Assembly (NCBI RefSeq): GCF_008831285.2
Contig: NC_045138.2
Span: 8,556,001-8,620,000, forward strand
DNA: 64,000 nt
Source of the DNA: Nymphaea colorata
Lineage: Eukaryota
Direction of reading: 5' to 3'
Both the position numbers and the translations under genes were made by a program. The notes beneath the pieces were generated by a model that was given only the letters and a program-made list of their open reading frames with translations, was not told where the DNA came from and did not search any database. This document shows, in pieces, positions 11,701 through 23,762 of the stretch. The stretch's first letter is position 1. The number at the start of each line of letters is the position of its first letter.

Positions 11701-14700
11701 GAGTACCACATATCGACATTTAATTATAATCCTAATAAAGCCTCTCAGGCAGTACCAAACCCATTATTGATTCATCCCTCACAACATGATGAAGACACAT
11801 AATTCAAAGGCAGTAAGATTTATAATCTTAGTAAAAAGCATCAAAATCACACACCAGTTTTTATACAATGAATATAGAGATGGATAAAAGTACATGGTAT
11901 CACAAGCTTGTTAAGATATATGTATTGTAAGAGAAATATGTATTTTATTTTTTGGATTCAGTCCAGTTAGGTACAGATCATTTCTTCTACTTTGTGAATA
12001 TTTTTTTATACTTTTATACTTTTATTTTTGTTTGCTTCATATTGCAGCAAATTGTGGGTTGTTGGGCTCTCCAACTGATACAAAATATCCATTGTTGACC
12101 CCAACGGTTCCTTCTCTTCCTATAAATTGGACTGAATGTCCATATTGTAAGTTTAGTTCTCTGTGAGCCTTGATTGTGAGTAATTGATGATTTAATTCAG
12201 TGCCTAAGTGCACGATTTATTCATTTTCTGAGAGAGTGTTTGGTGTATAGACTGTGTTTTGTCTATATTCAATCACTTTCTGTTTGTAAAATGTGGATTG
12301 GAGAACTGAAGCTCCTATCATGGTATCGGTGCATAAAGGTTCTGCCCAAACCTGTTCCATCCGCTGAAACTGTTTTGGAGCTGGTTTGTGCTTGATACAC
12401 AAATCTGTTTGTGGGACTCGGATCCAGAACCTGATCCTCTACCCATTGCCAGTCTTCCATATCACATTCTCCTCTATTGTTCTCTAGACCTTCTGAAGAC
12501 TGGTCCAAAACCACAAGTCTTTGCTTGTACGTTTGTAGCTCCATAGAGAACGAGTTCTCTTGAGATACCTCCTTTGGTACCATTGGAAAACAACGATGTC
12601 CATGTTTACACATAGCTAACGTTACATCATTGAGTTCCTCCAGCTTCTTTACTCCATTGTCGGGACTAAAGGCTTTCCAAGACATGTAGTGCAGTTTCTT
12701 GCTATTGCTCAAATCAGACCATAGGAAATTCGTCATGGCAGCTTTCAATTTATGGATGATGACTTTGAGGAGCTTGGATGCCTGCATCCAGTAAATTAAC
12801 AAGGAGCTAATGTGCTTGATGAGACAAACTTTAGCTGCATAAGACAAAAGGTTAGTTTTCCAGCTAGAAAATTTCTTTTCCATTTTGAGGACCAGATCTC
12901 GACAATGCTCTTCTTTGAGCATTTCCTTTTCCAAAGTAAACCCAAATAGAAATCGGGAGATATCTTATTTTGCAGTCCAGAATGTCTCTAGACTGTCTTT
13001 GTCTCATTCTGTTGATCCCAAAGGGAATTACGGCCAACTTGTAGTGAGGAGACCAAAGCTACTCTCCACCTCCAGATCAAAAGATTGAACACCTTGTAGA
13101 TCTTATTTCTTCACACTGTTGCAACAATATGGCAAAAAGGCCACATGTGGACTTCATTTTGCGAACAACAAGCATTTAGCTCAAAAGCTAACTATCAACA
13201 TCCTAAGAACCACGAGCAATGAGTGCATTGCATTCTGCATTTTCCCTGACTTCTAGCATATGCAGATGCCCTTTCAAATTGTTGGGCAATTCTTCTCTGA
13301 AAAACACAGGGTAATGTATTCCAAAAGAAGAGGAAAGGAGAAGGGGGTGGGGGTGGGTAGGGAGGAGGGGAGTGGGGGTGGGGAGTTAGGGATTACTGCC
13401 TCATGCAGATCAAAGACCTTAAACAAATAACAAGTTGCTCATACATGGCCATTTCCCTGAAGGAAAATGGTCATCCAAATTTCTGACTCTTCTCCAACAA
13501 ACATGCATCTAAGTCCGTCAGTGATTAGACAATAAAGAATCTTCCACCTGATATTACTATCTTGACAAATATAAAGTCAATAACTTTTACCTCATGTAAA
13601 ATCTTTATGCACAGCATAGTTGTGATGAAATTTTCACAAGCACCTCATTCATGACAAAGGAAAAGACACATCAAATCTCTCTTGTTATCATCTTTGAAGG
13701 AACTGAACTTTAATGCTCGTATCGGTGTGAAATATCCACTTAACTCACCTGGTCTGAAACACAAGCTGCTAATGTTCTAAGACGAAAATCATCATCATCA
13801 ATGCATCCACGCACATCGACACGTAGCATAAATCCCAGGGCATTTAGACAAACCTATGAGAAAATTTTATTGTCAAAAAATTTAGACGCATGATCCAGAA
13901 AGGGCTCGAGGTCATACCTCTGCCTTATCAGCATCATCTTTGTCTAATTCCTGCCAGATATGCTGATCATACACCTGAAATGCTTTATGGAGCAAGTGGC
14001 CATCCAGGTAGCAAAGAGCAACATGCCACCAATTATGAGTAATCCTGAAAAACATTCATAGGGCAACATGCCACCAATTATGAGTAATCCTGAAAAACAT
14101 TCATAGGGAACATATTATTAAGAGAACCTAGTGACTGAAATAGTAAGATGAATGATGCAAAATTCATTACATAAATGAACAGCAAATATTCCATGATGCA
14201 GAAGAAGACTCCATAAATTCAACAGCCTCCTTGAAGCGGCATTCATACTGAAGGACATGGCATAACTGCAGGAAATTCACAGGCATAAATCATACTCCAA
14301 TAAAAAAGAAAATGAAATATCTTATCCACATACACTACAAAATTGAAGCCCTGATTAACAAGCAATAGAAGAATCTAGCCAGATTGGAAATATAGAATGT
14401 ATAGTTAAAGATGCAAAGTTTACCTTATAGAAAGGTTCTCTTATATCTCAGACAAAGATACCATATAGACAATATGTCAAATGCCTCTCATACAACAGTT
14501 CCCAACAAAAGTTATCCGTACCTTACAGACGGTATTTTAAATGCCTATCTCATAACAGAACATATCAACAGTACAAGAAAAAGAAATCTGTAGAACTGAG
14601 AAAGAACTGAAAACTGTTAATAACCAGCAGAAATTTTCAGGACTTGGAAGCAGAAGAATGCAATATAGCATCAGCATGAAACAAATCAACTGGTTAACCA

Positions 14701-16885
14701 TCAAGGGCCAATTTCATCTAGGTGGGGCAAGCCAGCAACAGTGGCATGTCAAGCACCACTGACCAAAATGAAGATCAGTGACAGGGCATCATTAGCAGCA
14801 AAAAGAATTACAGTCCTAGCTTCATATGACAAGAACAAAAATACTCAATTAGATCTATAAACTATAACTTACAGCATGTTGGGACCATTGGTCATCTTTA
14901 TTGATGCTTAAACCTTCTCTTGCAGCAGCCTCAGCATCTGCCATCCTACCAAGCTCCAGTAAAGGGAAAGAAAGCATGCCATATATGTAGGGCTGTTGTT
15001 TATTTTCTGACAAGACCTAAGAGAAAGAAGGTTCAAGTTTGGTAGTATGTAACCGCCAGTCTACCAAGTTCATTTTCCCCATATGCATAAAATGCATAAA
15101 ATAAAGATTGATGTCACTAAAGAAACAAAATGTCAATATATTCTTTTACTAAATGAAAAGTGAAAAAATTTGAGATAAACACAAACTATCTTATTAAATT
15201 GCACAGTTTCAAATTGTTTCTTTAAAGGCAGAATATTAAGATAACTTGCACGTGTGAACCCAATTATAAACCAGAATAAATTATCAATGAGTTAAAATTG
15301 AATATTCTGACACATTATGGAGTGTTAAACGTCTCCCTCAAAGTCAGATGGCCATAAGTTCCAAGGCCCAATAAGATAGGTCGACATAAACAAAATGGCA
15401 TGGTTTTCAAGGGACTTGATGTTTCATAAATAGAATGACATCAAATATAAATTGTCATTAATTTGTAAAAACATTCAAAAGAATGTACACCTTTACAGTC
15501 TTCCTCTATACGCTACTGTACAAAGTCCACTCTCTCTCATTATTGAATTTGTTTTCAACCATATTCAAGGTTGCCTTTCTGACATCAAACTCGTCTCTCT
15601 AGGTTGTGCATTCTTTTGTTATGTTCATTGTTTTAGCCTTTTAGGAGTGTCCTTGTTGTAGCATTTCATATTCACATCATGCACTGAAATTATTCTCCTC
15701 ATTTTTGATAACAAGGAAAGCTATTCATGAGCAGTTAAGATGGATTCACAGCTTCAACTACAATCTTGCTAATCACCTTAATGGTACTGATGCCATGACC
15801 ACCACCATCCTAGTCAACGATGCAAATGAAGACAAAAAGAAGAGAGAGATCAGCACATGCAGCACCATATCTAGAAATAGTGTTCTCATCAGTTCAATAA
15901 ATTCACCCAGACAACATGATTTTGTGAAGATCAAGTATGTAAACTAACAGAGCAAAGAAAGAAAGAAGCAATGTATTAATACTCTCCAGATGATATTTCA
16001 CAAATTTAAAATAGTTTTCAGCTAAGGGGCACATTCCACAGGAGACTAGTGCTCACCTGTTCAACTAGGTATAAGGAAAAATCAGGTCGTGCCAAGTAGA
16101 AGCATATAACTTGGGCCCTCTTCAAGGATGCCAGATTCCTTGGGTACTTATTTATTAACTGAAGCAAAAAATGTAGCACACTTAATTCTGCACTAGAACT
16201 TCATATGAAAAACAAAAGCAAGAAACTCATAACAGCATTACATGAATGTACTGGAAATCATATGCTTTGGTTGTATATCATCATTTTAATCTGTACAAAG
16301 AATAAACAGCGAGACATTTCATAGAGAAAACCATATTCTATAAAACATGCAAGCTATCTCAAGCTCCCACACATTTGATATGAGAAACATGTCAAACAAT
16401 GATTTTTTACATTCAATTGCAAACCATCCCATTCCATAAAAAATGTAGTAATTTTCAACTTTCTGTTCATTTGTTCTGGGAAACTTGTCATTAAACTTAT
16501 GTACAGCCAAATTGCAATTTGGAAGACAGTTATTCCAGAGCATTCGCCATTCTATCAAATATGATAGACTACTTAAGTATACAAGGAGACAAAAAAATAT
16601 CTGTTATCAAAGCAAAAATTATCAGTAACACAATACAACCTAAGAGTTAAATTTACTGCAATAAGTATCAGCTATAAAGCTACATAGGCTAAAATAATAT
16701 TTGGCAAAATTTGGGAAGCATGAACATGACCCTGATCAACGTCAATATGCTTGCTACCAGCACACAAGCATAGTATTTCTACTCTAGTAAAGAGGGTAGA
16801 GAGACTGAATGAAGCCCCCATACAACACCTTACAGTAACCATACTGCTTTAGAATTGTATACCATCGTAGGAGGACTTGCTGTGA

Positions 16886-16967
<82 letters not shown>

Positions 16968-19900
16968 GAGAGTTGAAGGTTTCAGAGCAAAACATAAATT
17001 TTAAGAAGTTAAAAAAATCATTCCAAGTGTTTTAAAGGTGCATTCCATAGCCACAATATCATTCTCAAGGTTTTAACAGCAAGACTTTTTTCTGCTATTT
17101 TTTGGTGAAATTGTTTTCAAATTTTTAAAGGATGAAAAAATTCTAAAAATTAGATTAATATAAAATAAATGAGAAACTAAAAAGAAGATATAAAAAACTA
17201 GATAAAGTGATAAAATAATGTTTTAATGATGATAAATAATTTAATTTGTGTTCACAGTTGAGGCCATGATGATATTAACATTAGAAAAAAAAACAAAAAA
17301 ATGAATAAACATGAAAAAAATGTAAAAATGCCAAAATGCCTTAAATTTATTTTCATGTTTTTTAGAAAAATGTGCCCTTTTGCATTTTTTTTGTTTTTTT
17401 TTTTCATTTTTATGTTAATATTGAAGTATTTCTGAAAATGTTGTGATATTTGTGGCTATGATGCATTGCCACCATGACTGGATAGTTTTCAAATTTCAAC
17501 GAATGTTTAAAACTTACTGAGTCAACTCACTGACTCGGCTGAGTCCCTACTAGGTCAACCGAGCAAGGGAAGTGGGAAACCTATCTATGTGTGAATTGGC
17601 ATAACTCAGCTAAGAAATGTTTGAAGATAGTCACAAATAACGTCTTGGAGTTTTAAACGGCGAGGTTTTTCTCGGGTATAATATGACGAACTTAAAAAAA
17701 AAGGAAAAATACGGTAAATTTTTAAAAAATTTTAAAAACTAAAAATGGGGGAAAAATAAAATAAGTGAGAAACTAATAACAAAAACATTGAAAGATAAGT
17801 AGATTTGCAACAAAAAAAAAAGAAAATAAAAAAAACACAAAACAATGCAAAAAAAAAAGCGTTATAAATGTGTTTTTTTCGCTTTTTAATTTTTTTTTTT
17901 TAAAAACGTGTTTTTTAAAGTTTAAAACGGACATTTAATTTATCAAGTTCTTTTTTGCATTTTTTTCCGAAAAAACGCATTTTCTGTGACTATGATTTGA
18001 CTCAGCCATGACCCAGGCGAGGTTCATGTGCGTCTTACTCGTAATGACTCTTGCAATTTTAAAATCAATATTCATTCTTCTTGAATTCTTAACAGGAAGA
18101 TTAATTCAACGCCATCAAACGCCACCTTAATGGTAGAGCTGTAAAGAAAAACTATGATAAGACTTTATGAGCATTTTGGGTTAAATATAAGAGAAACCCA
18201 AGGGGTTTCCGTGCCTTTTTCTTCTTCGAAGTGAGTATTGAAGAAACACACATTTTATCTATTAACAAGACTGTGGCATACACCTTATTCATCCACAAAA
18301 CAGACTTTGGCAGGTGCAATGGCTCCAGTGATGGTGCCGGCATCAAGAAATCCAGCAAAATTGAAGGTGCATTTTCTGTTTTTTGTTTTTGTTTATTACT
18401 GATTTCACAGTTGTCCCCAAGCCTGGGCATCGGGCCAGCCCGGCCCGACGCCTGAAACCTGAGCCCGGGCCCGACCATTAAAATCTGAGCCCGATCCTAG
18501 CCCGATTAAATTAAAAAAATATTTTTAAAATATAAAAAATAATACATAAATATAATTATTTGTAATAAAATATTATATTTTTATAACAACATTAATAAAA
18601 TAAATATTAAAAAAATTTTATCGGGCCCACCCGGGCTGGCCCGGTGCCCTTTTTTGGGGCTCGGGCCGGGTACTGGATACCCGGCGGCGGCCCGGTGCCC
18701 AAACTTTTGTCCCTTTTATTTTTTGTCCATATCCCCACCGGTATTCCTGTCACCGTCTCCCACACATTTCTGGCTCTCTCCCGTGCTTGATCATGAATGC
18801 ATAAATGTTTTTATCTATATATTATTTTTGCTACAAAAATAGTGAACAAACTCAGCCCGAGTTACCCAGTTGACCCACTAAATCACAAGTTCGAAATGGA
18901 GAAGTCAAGTCCCGAGTCGGTAGGTTTTTAAGTTTCAATTGGAGAAAGCTGGTTTCCCATTAAAGAAGCATATGTTTTTACACTTCCCATCAGGCTTTCA
19001 TGCTTTCTAAAAGCTTCCAGTCTCCAAGTGGTAGAGTTAAACATGTAGCCTCCTCTTATGCTCATACTTTGTGAATTCATCATTCACTGCCAGAAATATC
19101 ACTTGTCAATTGGTCTCTTGTGAACAGGCCAATTTGGCCTGCTCTAGTAGCCTTTCGGAAGAGCACCGAGCACAAGAGACAGACCCCATTCATCATCAAG
19201 ACGACAGAGTGCAGATTACTACCAATCCATCAAGCACTCAATGACTAAAAACGTGCATGTTCTGCATAATCGAAAGCTGTAGCAAACAATTAAAAGATTG
19301 CGCAAAGAAGCTACCAAAAACTCAAATTGAAACACCGACTATGGGCATCCAATAGAATACCCAAAGGTTCGTTAGAAAGGCAAAACACAAAATCCAGCAC
19401 AAGGAAGAAGACAACATGGAATCATCTGAGGAGTTGAATACCTCTAATTGGGAGGAGAGAATGGCATCATCGTCAGCGGCATCGGCCATGGAGCAGGAGA
19501 CAGCGTCGTAAACCGATTTCTCATACGAAGTAGCTCGATCCTAAGCAGGGACAACATTAAACAGCGTGAAGAAGAGGAAGGAGCAAGGAAACAAATCAAC
19601 ATTTAGCACTACGAAGAAGACAGAAGATTGTGGGAAGAGGACTCACAAGGTTGGCCTTGGCAGCAGCGAGGTGAGCGGTGGACTGCTGAGGCTTGTGCTT
19701 GCGGTAGACGGCGGCCAAGACGTTAGCCAGCACGCAGTCTTCGTCCTCGGCCACTGCTTCCATTATCACTTTGCAGTTCCTTCCATATGACAACACCTTC
19801 ACTCCACAGACAAAACGACATGAATTTTACCAACCCAGAGAGAGGGAGAAAGCGAGAGAGAGGGAGAGAGAGAGAGAGAGGGAGAGAGAGAGAGAGAGAG

Positions 19901-20027
19901 GGAGGGCGAGAGAGAGAGAGAGAGAGAGAGTTGCCTGTTCGTAGTAGGAATTGATGGCTGAGATGCAAGCATCTGAGCTTGTCCTCACAGGGTAACCCCA
20001 TTTGTCCTCCTTGATCAGACCATCCAT
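8730..20027 (-). CDS. TTC38: Tetratricopeptide repeat protein 38-like; 14 coding exons: 20027-19935, 19796-19647, 19540-19442, 16158-16057, 15016-14873, 14265-14171, 14044-13918, 13853-13749, 11236-11130, 11059-11008, 10070-9981, 9898-9814, 9741-9677, 8825-8730
   Basis: Hand-spliced exons total 1410 nt (469 aa + stop) with no internal stop. The protein reads MDGLIKEDKWGYPVRTSSDACISAINSYYEQVLSYGR...SLKRAQVICFY...YGMLSFPLLELGRM...HALCHVLQYECRFKEAVEFM...THNWWHVALCYL...VIGASDEQLEVF...GVPFLWRLLEKAY...EATYFEPNV*, matching the plant TTC38 family from recall. Twelve introns are GT-AG; intron 1 is GC-AG. Confidence 0.93.
12217..13200 (-). mobile_element. Degenerate LINE (L1-type) ORF2 fragment in TTC38 intron 8
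   Basis: ORF 12269-12934(-) contains KMEKKFSSWKTNLLSYAAKVCLIKH...YWMQ...NFLW...KLHYMSWK, typical of the post-RT region of plant L1 ORF2. It is frameshifted and its ends are approximate. Confidence 0.8.
14018..14107. repeat. Perfect 45-bp tandem duplication spanning the TTC38 intron 6 / exon 7 boundary
   Basis: GCAACATGCCACCAATTATGAGTAATCCTGAAAAACATTCATAGG occurs at 14018-14062 and 14063-14107. Confidence 0.95.
16892..16964. repeat. (TA)n microsatellite
   Basis: About 70 bp of pure TA repeat. Confidence 0.95.
17046..17460. mobile_element. hAT-like MITE in TTC38 intron 3
   Basis: TIRs CATAGCCACAATATCA / TGATATTTGTGGCTATG around an AT-rich core. Flanks GTGCATTC / ATGCATTG (6 of 8 match). Confidence 0.7.
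17626..17994. mobile_element. MITE of the same CATAG(C/T)CACA-TIR family, apparently nested in an older GACTC/GAGTC-motif element (~17490-18070)
   Basis: Ends GATAGTCACAAA / TTCTGTGACTATG with an A-rich then T-rich core. Flanking DNA on both sides carries TGACTC/GAGTC motifs. Confidence 0.6.
18419..18706. mobile_element. hAT-like MITE (GGGCCCG/CCCGA subterminal motifs)
   Basis: TIRs AAGCCTGGGCATCGGG / CCCGGTGCCCAAACTT with GC-rich arms and an AT-rich core. 8-bp TSD TTGTCCCC / TTGTCCCT. Confidence 0.8.
19836..19930. repeat. (GA)n/(CT)n compound microsatellite filling TTC38 intron 1
   Basis: About 95 bp of near-pure GA repeat on the + strand. Confidence 0.9.
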
Positions 20028-21998
20028 CTCTCTATCCCTCTCTGTGACGCCAGAAGAGGAAGAAGGGAGTTGCTACGAGGGAAGAAGCTCCGGCACGCGG
20101 TTCCCGGTAGGTATTGGGAGGACAATGGAGGTGGTGGGTCCCCGGCAAGTGGAAGCGTAGCCTGCACTGCCGGATGTTGCTGTCGTGAGATTCAGGGGTG
20201 GGACCCCGCCCGTCGCCCTCATCCTCTTCCTCCAGCCGCTTCGTCTCAGCAGATGCCAGCTGACAGTCCAAACAACTTGGCCTAGCCCTGTCCAGCACCT
20301 TTCGCTGAGTCTTATCCTAGCGTCCCCTGTTTGATCCTAGCTCAGACGTCCGTGCATTCACTCTAGACTTCTCTGATCAGCACCCATTTCAGACGTCTCC
20401 CTGCTCGATTCCAGCCTGAAACCAAAGCTTCAGCCCGGCTGTTTGCTGCTCACATCAAGCGACCTAGCTGAGGTCGATTCCGGACGTCCCCTGCACAGTC
20501 GAGGCGTCCTTTCCTTTGCTCGACTTACCCTAGCCATCCATTCTCAGTTCAGTCACTTTGTGCTGGACTAAAGGATCGCAGCCAAGGCACTCCCAGTCTC
20601 CAACTTGAGGTGTATCGGCTCCATTAAACCAGGCATCGCTAGCCTCCAGCTCGTGCCCCACCTTGACCTCTTCATTCACTCAGGTCAGCCTCCTCATCTC
20701 AATATTTATTTCAATTTAATTGGCTGAACAAGTTGGGATTGAGCTTGTGGTTGTTACTGAGTCCAAATAAAAAAAAAAAGAAAGTAAAGGGAAAGGCCAG
20801 CTCTGCCGAACAGCCACTCAAAAAGCTGCCTGCAGGCATGATCAGACTGTTCTTCTTCCATGATTGCAGCCCTCTCAGACTGTTCTTCTTCCATGATTGC
20901 AGCCCTCACAATGGTGAAGTTCTGCCTTTTATTGAGCTGAAATCAGGGGTCCCTAACCCCTTTAACGCCTGAATCAAATGAGCATTCCAGCGTGCAGCCT
21001 AAAACTATCATAGATAGCAAGCTGATTATAACTAGTAAAAGATTAGGCCGTTCTCCAATCTTACGGAACTCCTATAGTATGACAGTTGACGTCACCGAAA
21101 TCAATGGCCTATGTTGAATCAAGTTCGACCAGCCATAATTTCGATGGTCTTGTTAATCCAGTTTCAACCTAGACTATGAATAACCACTGCTATTTGGCTG
21201 TTCTTACCCCACGTCTCATGGTGGTCTTGCTTGATTCGTTTGCTTCAAAATAGGCATTGCATCAAGAAATCCCTAACCAAAACTGGTGGGATTCCGCCCA
21301 AAATCGACAGCCCCTATTGCTGTCTTCCAACTAGAATTTGCGGCATGCTCTCTTCTAATTTCAGTAGCCCTTAAAATGCTACAGCACTACAATCAAATGT
21401 CACGATTTTAAATTCTCTGCAACCTTGCTGTAAAGCAGCATTTTGCACCAACTCCTCTCATGAATGATGGATGAAATGGCCAACGTGTGGGATGGGGTTT
21501 GCGTGATTCAATTCAAAAGCTGGGAATGACGTTCAGTTGGGACGTTATACGAAAAATGTACATGTTAAAAGCATATATGATGCATTCTCGCGATTTTCAC
21601 AATCATTCCAAACCAAAACTTTGTTTGAAAACCAGGACATGGCATTTTCAAAACCAGCCTATCCTATAAACAAAAAACCTGATTTTCAAAGATTCCCATA
21701 CGTGTGAAGGTCGTGATGAGAGGACCATTATAGCTTGGAAGAAAAGTTGGCTTCTTCGTCTACATGATGGATGGTTTTAATGATGTATGTGAAAAGAGAG
21801 GGACAAGGGGAGTATGAATGGTGTCCTTATTCTATGAATGGACGGTGAACCAAACTCTCTAGCCCACCAAATCTATTCCACCAATGATTGGATCCACTCA
21901 AATCATGTATGCAGAACATTTTGCCAATGGAAAAGCAATCAAATTGAGCTTATTTTGATATATGTATTTCTGAAATTTTTGAAATTTCTATGGTTTGA

Positions 21999-23680
21999 TG
22001 TTTGCACCCCACCCCTTCCTTGAAGGGCATCGAAATAAAAATCAGCAAAATTCTTTCAAAATTAGGGTTTTGAGAAAAAAATTTAAGAGAAAGGGATTCG
22101 TCTGTCCATACGAGGTCCAACCATTCCTGACGTCTTTAACAGGGATAAATGGACCAAGGACTAATGATCATTTGAATCATGTATGAGTTATTGATGCAAA
22201 TCCTATATGCTTGTGCATTGAGGTTTTAGATTCAAAAAGCAAAATTCATTTTGAATAAGTGATTTGAACTTATTTTGAAAATGAATTTGAAGATTGGAGG
22301 GTTTTCAAGTTGATTTAAAAAACTTTTATTTTGATGCCGTTTGATTTGAAATCCACAATTCTTGAAGATTTTGAAGATTAAAATTGAGTTCTTTGTTGTG
22401 AACTCAAGATGATTCATGAGTTGAAATTGTGACTATCTTATGATTAAAATTGATTTTGAATTTTTCTTTTGCCAAATCGTGTGATTTGGTCTAAGATATT
22501 TAGAAACTTGTGATTTGGTTAGATAGAGTTCATTCTTTTGATAGAACATATGTTCCAAATTGTTAGAAAACATGTTGTTTTCTAAATATAGTTTGGCCAA
22601 GATTATGAATGCATTGCTTGTGTTTTCTTTTGAAGTTAAGTAAAGTTTACAAATTCTTGTTGCAATATGACTTAATCATTTTTGCAACTCAAATTTGAAT
22701 CACTTAATTTCTTGAGAATGTGCATATGGTACTATTGACTTTGGGTGAAAGTGAATGCATGAAATAAGAAAGGAAACCACATTAGACATTCATCATTCTC
22801 TCTCTCATAATCTCTCAAAATTCATTCATATGAAACCTTCATTCTTTACTATCTCATAATCTCTCAAAGTCTATTCATTGCAATTACATGTCATACAATC
22901 TACATATAAAAATTAATTTTAATTCAGATGTAGGACTTTCTCTAAATATGATTATCATTTAAGCACATAAATTAGAAATGCAGTTCATAAGCTTGAGACT
23001 TAACAAAATGATGAAAAATGATGTCAAAATCAATTTTTAAACTAGATGGGAGATGTGGATAACATTTACTTATGTCTTAAAATAAAAAAAATCAGATTTT
23101 TTGCTTATTTAAATAGCTGAAAATTGTGGACATTGATTCCAATAGAGAGCTTGTTTCTTAAATAGAAACGATAAGTCTTTCAAACTTATTCAAATTTTAG
23201 ATTTCATACCAATGAAATCATCAACCCTCTTTAGACAATTTTAGGATAGTAGGTCTCCGTTTTGAAGAAATGAAAATGAAAATTTCCAGCAGTTGAGGAG
23301 ATGGATTGGTCTCATGCAAATCTGAAAACTTATGAATGAGAATAACAATCCATAAAAAGTATTTTAAGATGTCGATTGGATAGGTTTAGATTTTTTTTTA
23401 TTGTTCCTCAAAGCCTTGGCACTTTATGGCTGAAATTGGTATTTCAAATGCATAAACTTTGACATTATTAAGCTAATTCCTATAAAGCATGGTCTGATTT
23501 CAGCAACTTGCATATACTTTGCATATGGATTGCTGAAAAGAAAAGCAAATTTAAGATGAAATGCAATGATTTCATAGCTCTCTACTACAAAAATTAACAA
23601 AATGATTCCCTTTCTTAAAAACGAGTTTGGAAACGTGTTCCAACCTGATTTTAAAAGATGAAAATAATTTTTATCAAGAG

Positions 23681-23762
<82 letters not shown>

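Noticed and set aside
21398..21420. TGTCACGATTTT as the left end of the 26106 LTR
   Set aside because: The flanks do not match (TCAAA vs TTTGG). The end at 21999 gives a 4/5 TSD and matches the related LTR. 21398 may be the end of an older host element, but this is unproven.
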